DNA of 64,000 nt from a virus (IMGVR_UViG_3300020711_000298:36981-100980); one strand, 5' to 3'; positions 10,609-20,756 are shown, numbered from the stretch's first letter. Numbers and translations are program-made. Notes: a model not told the origin generated them from the letters alone.

Positions 10609-11649
10609 ATGAGCAATAAAAAAGATTTACTAAAAATACTTAATAACTTATCAGAAGATACAAATCAAGTTGAAGATAAACATCATGATAGAGTTATTTT
10701 AATAGATGGTTTAAACATGTTTCTTAGAAACTTTGCTATGATTAATTTCATAAACGAAGCTGGAAATCATGTCGGTGGACTAGGAGGTTTTTTAAGATCA
10801 TTAGGGTTCTTAATTAACCAAATTCAACCCACTTCTGTATATATAGTATTCGATGGAGTTGGTTCTTCCATAAACCGGAAGAATCTTCTCCCAGAATACA
10901 AATCTGGAAGAAATCTAGTTAGAGTTAATGATAAAGTATTTGATGACATAGAAGAAGAACAAGATTCTAAAATAGATCAAGTTCGAAGATTAATACATTA
11001 TCTTCGATGTCTTCCTGTTAACACCATTTCTATCGATAAAGTAGAAGCCGATGATATTATCGCGTATTATAGCGATATATTACCGAAAAAATATAACTCT
11101 AAAGTATATATTGTATCAAACGATAAAGACTACTTACAACTAATAAATGAAAATGTTACTGTATATCGCCCAGCAGATAAAGAATTTTTTACTAGAGAAA
11201 CTATTAAAAATAAGTTTGGTATATTAACAGAAAATTTTATTATTTATAAAACATTACTAGGAGATAACTCAGATAAAATACCAGGTGTAAAAGGATTAGG
11301 TGAAAAAGGTATATTTAAACGTTTTCCTGAATTAAAAGATCGAGTAGTAGATTTGGAAGACTTATTTGAATTATGTATACTTAAACATAAAGAGCATAAT
11401 ATATATTCTCAAATAATATTTTCTAAAAATAATCTAGAACGAAATTATAAACTTATGGATCTTAAAAATCCATTATTAGACGATAATGAAAAAGCATATT
11501 TAGAAGAAATATCAAATCAACCAATACCTGATTTAAATGTAAGTGGTTTTTTAAGATTATATAATGAAGATGGATTAAGCAAAACAATTAAAAATACAGA
11601 ATATTGGTTAAACAATACATTTAAAATACTAAATAGTTTTAAAAAATAA
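10609..11649 (+). CDS. 5'-3' exonuclease / flap endonuclease (T4 RNase H-like)
   Basis: LIDGLN, VFDG, YKSGR, EADDII, SNDKDYLQL, GDNSDKIPGVKGLGEK; ATG at 10609 preferred over 10594. Confidence 0.9.
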   Translation: MSNKKDLLKILNNLSEDTNQVEDKHHDRVILIDGLNMFLRNFAMINFINEAGNHVGGLGGFLRSLGFLINQIQPTSVYIVFDGVGSSINRKNLLPEYKSGRNLVRVNDKVFDDIEEEQDSKIDQVRRLIHYLRCLPVNTISIDKVEADDIIAYYSDILPKKYNSKVYIVSNDKDYLQLINENVTVYRPADKEFFTRETIKNKFGILTENFIIYKTLLGDNSDKIPGVKGLGEKGIFKRFPELKDRVVDLEDLFELCILKHKEHNIYSQIIFSKNNLERNYKLMDLKNPLLDDNEKAYLEEISNQPIPDLNVSGFLRLYNEDGLSKTIKNTEYWLNNTFKILNSFKK

Positions 11650-11653
11650 AGTT

Positions 11654-13039
11654 ATGACAACAACTACATTATCAAATTTATCTCAATATGGGACTGGATT
11701 TCAAGTAAAAGTATTATCATCATTATTAACACATAAAGAATTTTTATTAAACATTTATGATGTGTTAAGTGAAGATTATTTTGATTCACAATCACATAAA
11801 TGGATAATTAAAGAAATACTAAATTACTATACTAAATACCATACTAACCCATCAATGGAAGTATTAAAGGTAGAATTGAAAAAAATAGATAGTGAAGTAT
11901 TACAAATCTCTATTAAAGAACAACTTAAAGAAGCATATAAAGCCTCAGACGAAGATTTAAAATATGTTGAAGAAGAATTTAGTAATTTTTGTAAAAACCA
12001 ACAATTAAAAAAAGCATTATTAAATAGTGTAGATTTATTAAATGCTGGTGATTATGATTCTATTAGGGTTTTAGTTGATAATGCTTTAAAAGCAGGTCAA
12101 GATAAAAACATAGGCCATGAATATAATAAAGATACTGAATCACGATATAGAGAAGAACATAGAGCAACAGTACCTACACCTTGGGAAGAATTTAATGAAT
12201 TATTACAAGGTGGATTAGGCAATGGTGATTTTGGATTAATATTTGGTAATCCAGGTGGTGGTAAATCTTGGGTGTTAGTGGCTTTAGGAGGTGCAGCTGT
12301 AAAAGCAGGATATAATGTCTTGCATTACACATTAGAATTAGGTTCAGACTATGTTGGAAGAAGATATGACTCATTCTTTACAGGTATAGATGTTAGTAAA
12401 ATCACTAAATATAAAAATACTGTAGAAGAAGAAGTATCAAAATTATCAGGTAATTTAATTATTAGAGAATATTCACCAGGCAAAGCATCTATATCTACAA
12501 TAGAGGCTCATATTAAAAAATGTATTGATTTAGATTTCAAACCCGATTTAATTATTATCGATTATGTCGATCTATTGAGATCAAAGAAAAACAATCGTGA
12601 ACGAAAGGATGAGATAGATGATATTTATGTTAGCACTAAAGGATTAGCAAGAGAATTAAATATTCCAATATGGTCTGTATCTCAAGTTAATAGAACAGGT
12701 GCTAAGGAAGACGTAGTAGAAGGAACATCAGCCGCCGGAAGTTATGATAAAATAATGATTTCTGATGTTTGTATATCACTCTCACGTAAAAAAGAAGACA
12801 AAGTAAATGGTACCGGTAGATTCCATATTATGAAAAACAGATATGGAGGAGATGGTATGACTTATAATGCTAAAATAAATACATCTAATGGTGAATTTGA
12901 AATATTAGGAGAATATGTTAAAGGTGAAAACGATGAAGAATCAGCATCTTCTAATAATAGAAAAATATCATTTGATCAAATAAATACTATGGATAAAAAA
13001 GCACTTAAAAATAAATTTTTTGAAATAAACCACTCTTAA
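11654..13039 (+). CDS. DnaB-like replicative helicase
   Basis: GNPGGGKS, HYTLEL, IIIDYVDLL, SQVNR, MKNRYG. Confidence 0.9.
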   Translation: MTTTTLSNLSQYGTGFQVKVLSSLLTHKEFLLNIYDVLSEDYFDSQSHKWIIKEILNYYTKYHTNPSMEVLKVELKKIDSEVLQISIKEQLKEAYKASDEDLKYVEEEFSNFCKNQQLKKALLNSVDLLNAGDYDSIRVLVDNALKAGQDKNIGHEYNKDTESRYREEHRATVPTPWEEFNELLQGGLGNGDFGLIFGNPGGGKSWVLVALGGAAVKAGYNVLHYTLELGSDYVGRRYDSFFTGIDVSKITKYKNTVEEEVSKLSGNLIIREYSPGKASISTIEAHIKKCIDLDFKPDLIIIDYVDLLRSKKNNRERKDEIDDIYVSTKGLARELNIPIWSVSQVNRTGAKEDVVEGTSAAGSYDKIMISDVCISLSRKKEDKVNGTGRFHIMKNRYGGDGMTYNAKINTSNGEFEILGEYVKGENDEESASSNNRKISFDQINTMDKKALKNKFFEINHS

Positions 13040-13050
13040 TATTTAAAATT

Positions 13051-14910
13051 ATGAACATTGAACAAAGCATTCTAAGTGATATAACTGTCTACATGAAGTA
13101 TGCTAAATTTTTACCTTCCGTTAACCGCAGAGAAACATGGGAAGAATTAGTAGACAGAAACAAAGGAATGCATTTAGAAAAATTCCCCAACCTAAAAAAT
13201 GAAATCGAAGAAGCATATCAATTTGTATATGATAAAAAAGTTCTTCCGTCGATGCGTTCAATACAGTTCGCAGGAAAACCCGTTAGTATTAATAATGCTC
13301 GTATATTTAACTGCTCTTACTTGCCTATTGATGATATCGCTGCTTTTTCAGAAATAATGTTTTTATTATTATCGGGATGTGGAGTAGGATATTCAGTACA
13401 AAGACATCATGTTGAAAAATTACCTCAAGTAAGAAAACCATTAAAATCAAAACGTTATCTAGTAGGTGATAGTATTGAAGGATGGGCGGATTCAGTTAAG
13501 GTATTAGTAAAAGCATATTTAAAAGGGGGCCCATTACCATTATTTGATTTTAGAGACATTCGTCCTAAAGGAGCTCAACTTATTACAGTAGGTGGTAAAG
13601 CACCTGGTCCAGAACCATTAAAAATCGCGCTAGTTCATGTACAAGCAATATTAGATAGAAAACAAGATGGTGAATATTTAACACCACTCGATTGCCATGA
13701 TATTATCTGTCACTTAGCAGACGCTGTATTGTCTGGTGGTATTCGTAGAGCAGCATTAATAGCATTATTCAATTTGGATGATGAAGATATGTTGACTTGT
13801 AAATTTGGAAATTGGTGGGAAGATAATCCACAACGCGGAAGAGCAAATAATACTGCGGTATTAATCAAATCTAAAATTGAAAAAGATACATTCCTTGAAT
13901 TATGGAAAAAAATTGAATTAAGCAATAGTGGAGAACCAGGATTTATATTCTCAAATGATAAAGATGCTGGAACTAATCCATGTGCTGAAATTAATTTAAA
14001 ACCAAACCAGTTTTGTAATCTCTGCGAAGTAAACGCTTCTACTGTTGAATCACAGGATGACCTGAATGCGCGTGTGAAAGCAGCAGCTTTCATTGGTACT
14101 TTGCAAGCATCATACACAGATTTCCATTACCTAAGAGAAATATGGAAAAAAACAACTGAAAAAGAAGCATTATTAGGAATCGGAATGACCGGTATAGCTT
14201 CGGGTGCTGTGTTAAATTATAGTTTAAAAGAAGCCGCTAAAATAGCTGTTGAAGAAAACGCAAGAATAGCCGAAATTATAGGTATTAATAAAGCAGCTCG
14301 TATTACAACAGTAAAACCAAGTGGTACTACATCATTAGTATTAGGTACTTCATCTGGTATCCATGCTTGGCATGATGATTTCTATTTAAGAAGAATCCGT
14401 ATTGGTAAAAACGAAGCATTATATACTCACCTTCTTATTCACCATCCAGAATTACTTGAAGATGATTTCTTTAAACCAAACATACAAGCAATTGTAACAA
14501 TACCACAAAAAGCACCAGAAAACGCGATTGTACGTCCTACAGAAACAGCTATTGAATTACTAGAACGTATTAAAAAGTTCAATAAAGAATGGATAAAACC
14601 CGGACATAGACGCGGTTCTAATATGCATAATGTATCTGCTACGGTAAACATTAAACAAAACGAATGGGAAACTGTAGGAGATTGGTTATGGGATAATAAA
14701 GAATATTTTACAGCTTTATCATTCCTGCCGGAAGATTTGGGTACTTATGTTCAAGCTCCTTTCGAAACAATCACCGAAGAACAATTTAATGAACGTGTAA
14801 CACATTTACATTCATTAGATTTATCAAAAGTAGTTGAATTTGATGATATGACAGCTTTAATGGATCAAGCAGCTTGTGCAGGGCCTGGAGGAAGTTGCGA
14901 AATAATATAA
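13051..14910 (+). CDS. nrdJ: class II (B12-dependent) ribonucleotide reductase
   Basis: RRETWEE, PSMRS, FNCS, GTNPCAEI, TTVKPSGT, C-terminal CAGPGGSCEI; no beta subunit nearby. Confidence 0.9.
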   Translation: MNIEQSILSDITVYMKYAKFLPSVNRRETWEELVDRNKGMHLEKFPNLKNEIEEAYQFVYDKKVLPSMRSIQFAGKPVSINNARIFNCSYLPIDDIAAFSEIMFLLLSGCGVGYSVQRHHVEKLPQVRKPLKSKRYLVGDSIEGWADSVKVLVKAYLKGGPLPLFDFRDIRPKGAQLITVGGKAPGPEPLKIALVHVQAILDRKQDGEYLTPLDCHDIICHLADAVLSGGIRRAALIALFNLDDEDMLTCKFGNWWEDNPQRGRANNTAVLIKSKIEKDTFLELWKKIELSNSGEPGFIFSNDKDAGTNPCAEINLKPNQFCNLCEVNASTVESQDDLNARVKAAAFIGTLQASYTDFHYLREIWKKTTEKEALLGIGMTGIASGAVLNYSLKEAAKIAVEENARIAEIIGINKAARITTVKPSGTTSLVLGTSSGIHAWHDDFYLRRIRIGKNEALYTHLLIHHPELLEDDFFKPNIQAIVTIPQKAPENAIVRPTETAIELLERIKKFNKEWIKPGHRRGSNMHNVSATVNIKQNEWETVGDWLWDNKEYFTALSFLPEDLGTYVQAPFETITEEQFNERVTHLHSLDLSKVVEFDDMTALMDQAACAGPGGSCEII

Positions 14911-14936
14911 AATATATTTAAATATTAATAAAAGAT

Positions 14937-14957
14937 AGGGGACCTTTTAGGTCCCCT
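14937..14957 (+). terminator. hairpin after nrdJ
   Basis: aggggacct-ttt-aggtcccct perfect stem. Confidence 0.6.
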
Positions 14958-14968
14958 TAATATTTATA
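14958..14968 (+). promoter_or_regulatory. putative late promoter TAATATTTATA heading the secreted-protein operon
   Basis: Identical to motifs at 825, 20746, 58894. Confidence 0.5.
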
Positions 14969-15024
14969 GGAAAAGGTTATTCAAATTGTTTTTTATTTAA
15001 CATTTTAAACATTTTTATAACCAA

Positions 15025-16938
15025 ATGAAAAAAATTATTTTATTTATTCTAGTTGCGCTGTTGCCGTTTCTAGTTAAAAGTCAAACAATCCCCGCAGCTC
15101 CTGGTACAGGACATTATGTAATTATTGATACTGGGTACAATGTAGGTCCAACCGCAACAGGTACAACTACTGCTACTCTTTATTTCAGAAACAGCACTAC
15201 TAGTGATAAAATCACAGGTATGCAATTTAGAATATGGTACGATAGTCTAGCATTTAATGGTGCTTCTCCAACAGTATCATTACTTTATAGTTCTGCTAAC
15301 AAATATATACAATATGTTACTGATACAACTCATGGTAGTATCACTATCACTTTAGTTTATACTGGTAGTAGTTCAACTTATAATTTAGGAGATAGCGCGG
15401 CTTTTGCTATTACTTTCACTCACAATACTAATACATCTTTATTCAATACTTTAGATAGTATAAAAACACTAAAAGTATCAGGCGCTCAAACATACACTAA
15501 TTTAGCGTCTACTGTTTATGGTAATGATACTACATTAACTATTTACAGTTATGGTGGTAGATTTAATCGTCCTTTCCTTCATTATCATGGTCAATTTGTA
15601 AATGTTACCGGTACTAACACTAGAAACATAACTGTTTCTTTAGAGAAAAAACCTAAAACAAGTGGTACTTGGGTTAATATAAGTACTCAAACAACAGGTG
15701 CTGATGGTAAATTTAATTTTACAACTATATTAGATACTACTTATTGGGCTGCTAGATTAAATATTGAAGGTGATACAATGAATATAGGTAATATTATATC
15801 AACAGCCGATGCTCAAAAAATAAATCGTTTTGTACTTGGATTAGACAATCCTCAAGCTTTTGATTTTTACACTTCTGATGTAAACGGAGACCATAAAATA
15901 TCGATTTCAGATGAATATACTGTTTATGGTAGAATAGCAGGTAGATTTAGTACTTGGGTAAATGGTGTTAAAGATGTTTTATTCTTTACCTCAACCGAAT
16001 ATAGTACTATTTCTTCAAACCCAAATACAAATTATACAGCAACTATCTCAGGTACAACAAACGTATTATTTAATATAGTTGGTGGTAGCGTCGATTCAGT
16101 AACATATTATGTTGTGGGTGTAGGTGATGCTAATGGTACTGGATTTAAAATGGCTAAACTTACTCCAATTCAAATTATTAATCCCAACAATAACAACTAT
16201 ATAATAGATGAAACTGTTGAGTATTATGTAAATAATTTAAATACAATTGAAGTTAATTTACCTTCATTATCAGTAGATGCAGGTAATTTAGTAAATATAC
16301 CTATTAAAGTACTTACAAATGGCGAACAAATAGGTTCATTACAGTTAGCTTTAAAATTTGATACTACATTACTTGATTTTAAAGGTGTAATATCTGAGGA
16401 AAAAGTAGGTAATTGGATGTCATTTATAAACCCAAACAGTGGAGTAGTTGAATGGGGTGGATTTGATGCTAGTAATAATCAACATCTTTTAAATAATGAA
16501 GATCAAGTAGTAACATTACAATTTTTAGCTAAACAACCTAAAGATAATTGGACAACTTCTCCAATATATGTTACTCGTAAATTTGCAGGTAATGCTTTAG
16601 CTACTGATTTAAATATTAATCCTACTGATGGTAGAATTGAAGTTATGAGAATGTCTTCACCTGCTATTAATACAGATAATAATATTGCTTCTATTAATGT
16701 TTATCCTAATCCAACTAGTGGAGAAGTAGTAATTCATTTTTCTGTTCCTAAAGATGGTAATGTGACAGTTGCTTTTTATGATGTTAACGGAAAGAAAAAA
16801 TACACAGTAATACAAACCACAATGCCTAAAGGTGTTTATGCTTACAAAGCAAATATAGATGGATTAGCTAAAGGAGCATATAACGTTGTAATAACAACAA
16901 ATGAATCATCAGCTTACAATAAAACAATTTTAAACTAA
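15025..16938 (+). CDS. secreted cohesin/dockerin-like protein with T9SS C-terminal sorting domain
   Basis: Signal peptide ending KS-Q; cohesin-like ITGMQFRIWYD and VNIPIKV..IGSLQLALKFDTTLLDF; dockerin-like DVNGDHKISISD; CTD VYPNPTSG..VAFYDVNGK..LAKGAYNV. Confidence 0.75.
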   Translation: MKKIILFILVALLPFLVKSQTIPAAPGTGHYVIIDTGYNVGPTATGTTTATLYFRNSTTSDKITGMQFRIWYDSLAFNGASPTVSLLYSSANKYIQYVTDTTHGSITITLVYTGSSSTYNLGDSAAFAITFTHNTNTSLFNTLDSIKTLKVSGAQTYTNLASTVYGNDTTLTIYSYGGRFNRPFLHYHGQFVNVTGTNTRNITVSLEKKPKTSGTWVNISTQTTGADGKFNFTTILDTTYWAARLNIEGDTMNIGNIISTADAQKINRFVLGLDNPQAFDFYTSDVNGDHKISISDEYTVYGRIAGRFSTWVNGVKDVLFFTSTEYSTISSNPNTNYTATISGTTNVLFNIVGGSVDSVTYYVVGVGDANGTGFKMAKLTPIQIINPNNNNYIIDETVEYYVNNLNTIEVNLPSLSVDAGNLVNIPIKVLTNGEQIGSLQLALKFDTTLLDFKGVISEEKVGNWMSFINPNSGVVEWGGFDASNNQHLLNNEDQVVTLQFLAKQPKDNWTTSPIYVTRKFAGNALATDLNINPTDGRIEVMRMSSPAINTDNNIASINVYPNPTSGEVVIHFSVPKDGNVTVAFYDVNGKKKYTVIQTTMPKGVYAYKANIDGLAKGAYNVVITTNESSAYNKTILN

Positions 16939-16951
16939 AACAAAACAAATT

Positions 16952-17293
16952 ATGTCAGAAGAAACAAAAACAACCGACGGGGGTTGGTCAGGTCTAAAGA
17001 AAACATTAATAGGTACACTTACAACAGTTATCGCTGGTGCTGGTGTTTGGGTAAGTTCATTTTTGGGTGGTCATAAAGAAGAACCTAAAGCAGAACCTAA
17101 AGCCGCTACTGCTGCCCCTGCTCCAGCTGCTGCTGCTCCTGCCGCTGCTCCTGTGATTATTAATTTATCAAATAATAACACAAACCAACAAAAACAAACA
17201 GGTGGTAGTGCAACAGCCTCAGCTGCTACTAAAGAAAAACCAGTTGAGAAAAAAGAAACTAAAAAGAGCGAAACACAAGATGCTCCTTGGTAA
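16952..17293 (+). CDS. single-pass membrane protein with Ala/Pro-rich linker
   Basis: Hydrophobic TLIGTLTTVIAGAGVWVSSFL; AAPAPAAAAPAAAP linker. Confidence 0.65.
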   Translation: MSEETKTTDGGWSGLKKTLIGTLTTVIAGAGVWVSSFLGGHKEEPKAEPKAATAAPAPAAAAPAAAPVIINLSNNNTNQQKQTGGSATASAATKEKPVEKKETKKSETQDAPW

Positions 17294-17307
17294 TTAAAAT
17301 TAACTCT

Positions 17308-18018
17308 ATGAAAATATTATATGTTATAGCTTTAATGCTGTTACCCTTTATTAGTGTTGCTCAAATCGGTTCTATTAAAACCGAACAATATCATGCCCGC
17401 TTTGAAAAAGGAATCTCATTAGATAGTGTTCTTAATTATAAGGACACTGTCAAAATTCCTATTCAATTATTAAAAGTAGGAATCAATTCAGAACTATATG
17501 AAATGTATCCTGAATTAAAAGATAAACGTGTTGGTTTGGGTGTAACAAACATTGTAATTGAATTTTTAGAAGAAACCAATCGCTTTGTATTTACTGAAGA
17601 TAAATTAGAAATCAAAGAAAGAATGATTGCTGAATATAAAGCATCAGCAAAAGGTTTTACTGAAAATAAAATAGATGGTAAAGGTAAAATCAAATTAGCC
17701 AAATATTTTGTTTATATCGAAGTATATGACTTTTCAGTATCTGAAGATGAAATAGTAAAAGCTAAAGATGGATCTAAAGTTACTCAAACAACTCGTTTAG
17801 GTTTACAAATCAAGTTTGTAGATGCAGAATCAGGAGAAATAATAACTGGTAGTGATATGGGTGAGGCTTCAACTGTAAAAACATCTAATCTTTTAGGTGA
17901 CATAGATGAAATTAAATTTAATCAATCCACAATAGGTATTTCTACTAAAAAAGCACTTGAATCTGCTTCAGTAAATGTCATTTTAAAATTGATTAAAAAA
18001 GGTGTATTTAAAAACTAA
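17308..18018 (+). CDS. CsgG/TolB-N-like secreted protein
   Basis: Signal peptide; LGVTNIVIEFLEETNRFVFTE, IEVYDFSVSE, LGLQIKFVDAESGEII pattern of the CsgG family. Confidence 0.6.
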   Translation: MKILYVIALMLLPFISVAQIGSIKTEQYHARFEKGISLDSVLNYKDTVKIPIQLLKVGINSELYEMYPELKDKRVGLGVTNIVIEFLEETNRFVFTEDKLEIKERMIAEYKASAKGFTENKIDGKGKIKLAKYFVYIEVYDFSVSEDEIVKAKDGSKVTQTTRLGLQIKFVDAESGEIITGSDMGEASTVKTSNLLGDIDEIKFNQSTIGISTKKALESASVNVILKLIKKGVFKN

Positions 18019-19141
18019 AATATTAATCTTATTAGTATTGTTTGGACTGACTTCTTATGGTCAGTCTTTTACATATTCCTATAAAGATCCATGTAATGGT
18101 ACTTTAAAAACATTAATAATACCAGCAAGCCAAAATACAATATCTGTTACTTACTATAATCAAATACAAACATTTAATATAAACGATTTTTCTAATGGTG
18201 TTTTTGATAAGTGGGTATCAAATACTTACAGTCAATATAGCGTTACATCTCCTTGTAGTGGATTAGCATTTACTGCTACTACTAAACAAAACCAAGAACT
18301 TACAGCTACATTAACCGGGCTAGTAACCACTTTAACAAACCTAAACTTCCCCGATCCTAATACTCCAGACCCAGGTGAACCCGTTCCTACCCCTGATATT
18401 CCTTCAGGTAGTGGTTCTTCAGATGTATTAAGTGGTACAAGTAATAGTGTAACATCATCAAGTGGAGGTGGAAGCGATTCAAAACCATCTTCAAGTTCTA
18501 AAGACAAACCAGGAGTATTAAAACCAACAATTGTAGGTAGTTCAGATCTACTTGCTTTTAGCAATACAGATGCTTCTAAAGGTGGTAAAGTATCAGGTGG
18601 TTATACTTCTACAAGATGGGATGGTAAAGTATCTCATGGTATAATGTTTGATTATTCAACTAATATCCAAGGTCCTAATATAACTGGATTTTATTCGTTT
18701 GCTAAAGGTAAAAGAATGAATTTGATATCAAATACTATTTCTATTGGTTTTAGTGGGAAAGGATTATTTTATAGTACATTAGCTGCTGGTCAACTTAGAA
18801 ATTATAAAAAAATAAAAATAATAGGTTTATTAGCAGGTACGTATGGAGAAATGTATCAACAAAAACTTATAGGTACTTCTATAATAACTGGTTTGATGTA
18901 TGATATGAAAGTAGGTAAAAAAATAGCAATAAAATTTACAAATTTGTTTGTATATTCTCCTTACATGCAATATTACAATGATATGTTATTAAAATCACCT
19001 TATGTTATTTTACCTTCTATTGGTACAAATTTAAGCTTATCTAAATCATTTAAATTTAATATCAATGCAGGTGGTGCTTATCAAGTTAATAGCGGAGCTC
19101 TTAATTATACAATAACAATAGGAACAAGGTTAGCATTATGA
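18002..19141 (+). CDS. secreted protein with Pro/Ser linker and putative C-terminal outer-membrane beta-barrel
   Basis: Signal peptide ending YG-Q; PDPNTPDPGEPVPTPD and S/G linker; alternating strands ending FNINAGGAYQ..LNYTITIGTRLAL. Confidence 0.55.
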   Translation: MYLKTKILILLVLFGLTSYGQSFTYSYKDPCNGTLKTLIIPASQNTISVTYYNQIQTFNINDFSNGVFDKWVSNTYSQYSVTSPCSGLAFTATTKQNQELTATLTGLVTTLTNLNFPDPNTPDPGEPVPTPDIPSGSGSSDVLSGTSNSVTSSSGGGSDSKPSSSSKDKPGVLKPTIVGSSDLLAFSNTDASKGGKVSGGYTSTRWDGKVSHGIMFDYSTNIQGPNITGFYSFAKGKRMNLISNTISIGFSGKGLFYSTLAAGQLRNYKKIKIIGLLAGTYGEMYQQKLIGTSIITGLMYDMKVGKKIAIKFTNLFVYSPYMQYYNDMLLKSPYVILPSIGTNLSLSKSFKFNINAGGAYQVNSGALNYTITIGTRLAL

Positions 19142-20298
19142 TAAAATATATTTTAACTATATTATTTACCTTATTTTCTCTAGCACTACTAGGACAAACA
19201 TTTACTTATTCAGGATACATTTATAATGCTGATGGTAGTGGAGCAGGTAATGTTCCTGTTAAATTATATTCAAGAACCACCACCACCACTGTTGTAAGTA
19301 ATTTAAATACAAAGATATACTCAACACACAATGGAAACGGTAGCACAAACCAGTACAACCAGTATGCAAGTACTGTAACCGATATGGGTTACTTTTTCAA
19401 CACAGGATATAGCAACACTAGGTTAAACTGGTCCGGTACTTTACCTGCTACTACCGTGTTAAATTGGGGTACCTGGACTACTCTATATTATGCAGGAGCT
19501 AGTGTACCAAATGGAGGAGATTATTTTTCAACCGATGTTACAGCCACCTTTGTACCTAAAGAAACAGGTACATACTATTTTGGTGTTAATTCAGATGATG
19601 CTGGTGATATTTTAATAAACGGAAGTCTAGTTGCTTCTTATTATGGTGGTCATGGTATGGGAGGATATCAAATAGGTGGTATTTCTATGACAGCCGGCAC
19701 ATCTTATACCTTTGAAGCAAGACAACAAGAATATGGTGGTGGTGAAGGTTTGGCTGTTGCTTGGAAAAGACCATCTCAATCAACTTATACTTTACAAACA
19801 GACGAGATAGGAACTGCTACCACAACTACTTCTGCTTGGTCTTTATATGGGACTTACTACACAGATTCTACAGGTAAGTATACAATAAGTGTACCTACAA
19901 ATTCTACCTTAAGTTGGCAATTAGAATTTGATGCTTATACTCCCTCTACAACATTACAAATCTCAGATTTTATAGGTATAGACAATGTTATACTTAATAA
20001 AACAATATTAAATGGTTTACATTATTATCTATATGATTTAAATAGTACTAACAATATTACAATATCAGATTTGTATTATATAGCAGGTAAAAAAAGTGGT
20101 AGATTTTCTACTTGGGGAAATTCATTTACCTCAAGATTATTTACTCCGTCTCAATATACTTCTATAACCTCAACAACATCAAATTTAAAATCTACTTATC
20201 CTGGTGTAACTCAAATTTTAATATCACCAGCAACAAGTGGAGGCACTGCAAATTATTATCTAATAGCCCCAGGTTATTCTGGAAAAGTAAATTATTAA
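19138..20298 (+). CDS. secreted PA14-domain protein with dockerin-like repeat
   Basis: Signal peptide; PA14 motifs ETGTYYFGVNSDDAGDILING and QEYGGGEGLAVAWKRP; DLNSTNNITISD; paralogous to 15025 ORF (shared GRFSTW). Confidence 0.7.
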   Translation: MIKYILTILFTLFSLALLGQTFTYSGYIYNADGSGAGNVPVKLYSRTTTTTVVSNLNTKIYSTHNGNGSTNQYNQYASTVTDMGYFFNTGYSNTRLNWSGTLPATTVLNWGTWTTLYYAGASVPNGGDYFSTDVTATFVPKETGTYYFGVNSDDAGDILINGSLVASYYGGHGMGGYQIGGISMTAGTSYTFEARQQEYGGGEGLAVAWKRPSQSTYTLQTDEIGTATTTTSAWSLYGTYYTDSTGKYTISVPTNSTLSWQLEFDAYTPSTTLQISDFIGIDNVILNKTILNGLHYYLYDLNSTNNITISDLYYIAGKKSGRFSTWGNSFTSRLFTPSQYTSITSTTSNLKSTYPGVTQILISPATSGGTANYYLIAPGYSGKVNY

Positions 20299-20301
20299 AA
20301 T

Positions 20302-20748
20302 ATGAAAAAATTATTATTCGCTTTAATGTTAATTCCTACTCTATCATTTGGACAATGTGTAAGAGTTGATTCTGTTTGGTGTAACAAAAAAGTTAAACAA
20401 ATAGGCACCAGAAGTGTTCTTTTAGGTGTAAAACAAATAACTGAAGAAATATTATCAGAAAAATATAAACTTTGTGATTCTAATGCAATTTCGGTTAAAA
20501 TAGAAATATATAAAATAGGTATGCCTTCAAGCAATTTTAAAATAGCAGGCGCCGGAGAAGCCAAACAAACCACACAAGTTTACACTAGAATGTATTTTGG
20601 CGATAAAGTTGTAGAAGGATTAGGTGAATCTGAAACTAAAGCAGGTTACATACTTATTGAATTAAATGACGATAAAATACCATTTAGTAATACAACAATA
20701 GGTAATGCATTAAAGAAATCAATACTCGATGCTTCCGGAAAATTATAA
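20302..20748 (+). CDS. small secreted protein, CsgG-like fold suspected
   Basis: Signal peptide; LLGVKQITEEIL and FSNTTIGNALKKSI parallel GLGVTNIVIEFL and FNQSTIGISTKKAL of the 17308 ORF. Confidence 0.5.
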   Translation: MKKLLFALMLIPTLSFGQCVRVDSVWCNKKVKQIGTRSVLLGVKQITEEILSEKYKLCDSNAISVKIEIYKIGMPSSNFKIAGAGEAKQTTQVYTRMYFGDKVVEGLGESETKAGYILIELNDDKIPFSNTTIGNALKKSILDASGKL

Positions 20749-20756
20749 TATTTATA
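20746..20756 (+). promoter_or_regulatory. putative late promoter TAATATTTATA before lysis region
   Basis: Recurring motif. Confidence 0.5.

Noticed and set aside
17080-17152. GCT/CCT-rich repeat
   Set aside because: Simply encodes the Ala/Pro linker
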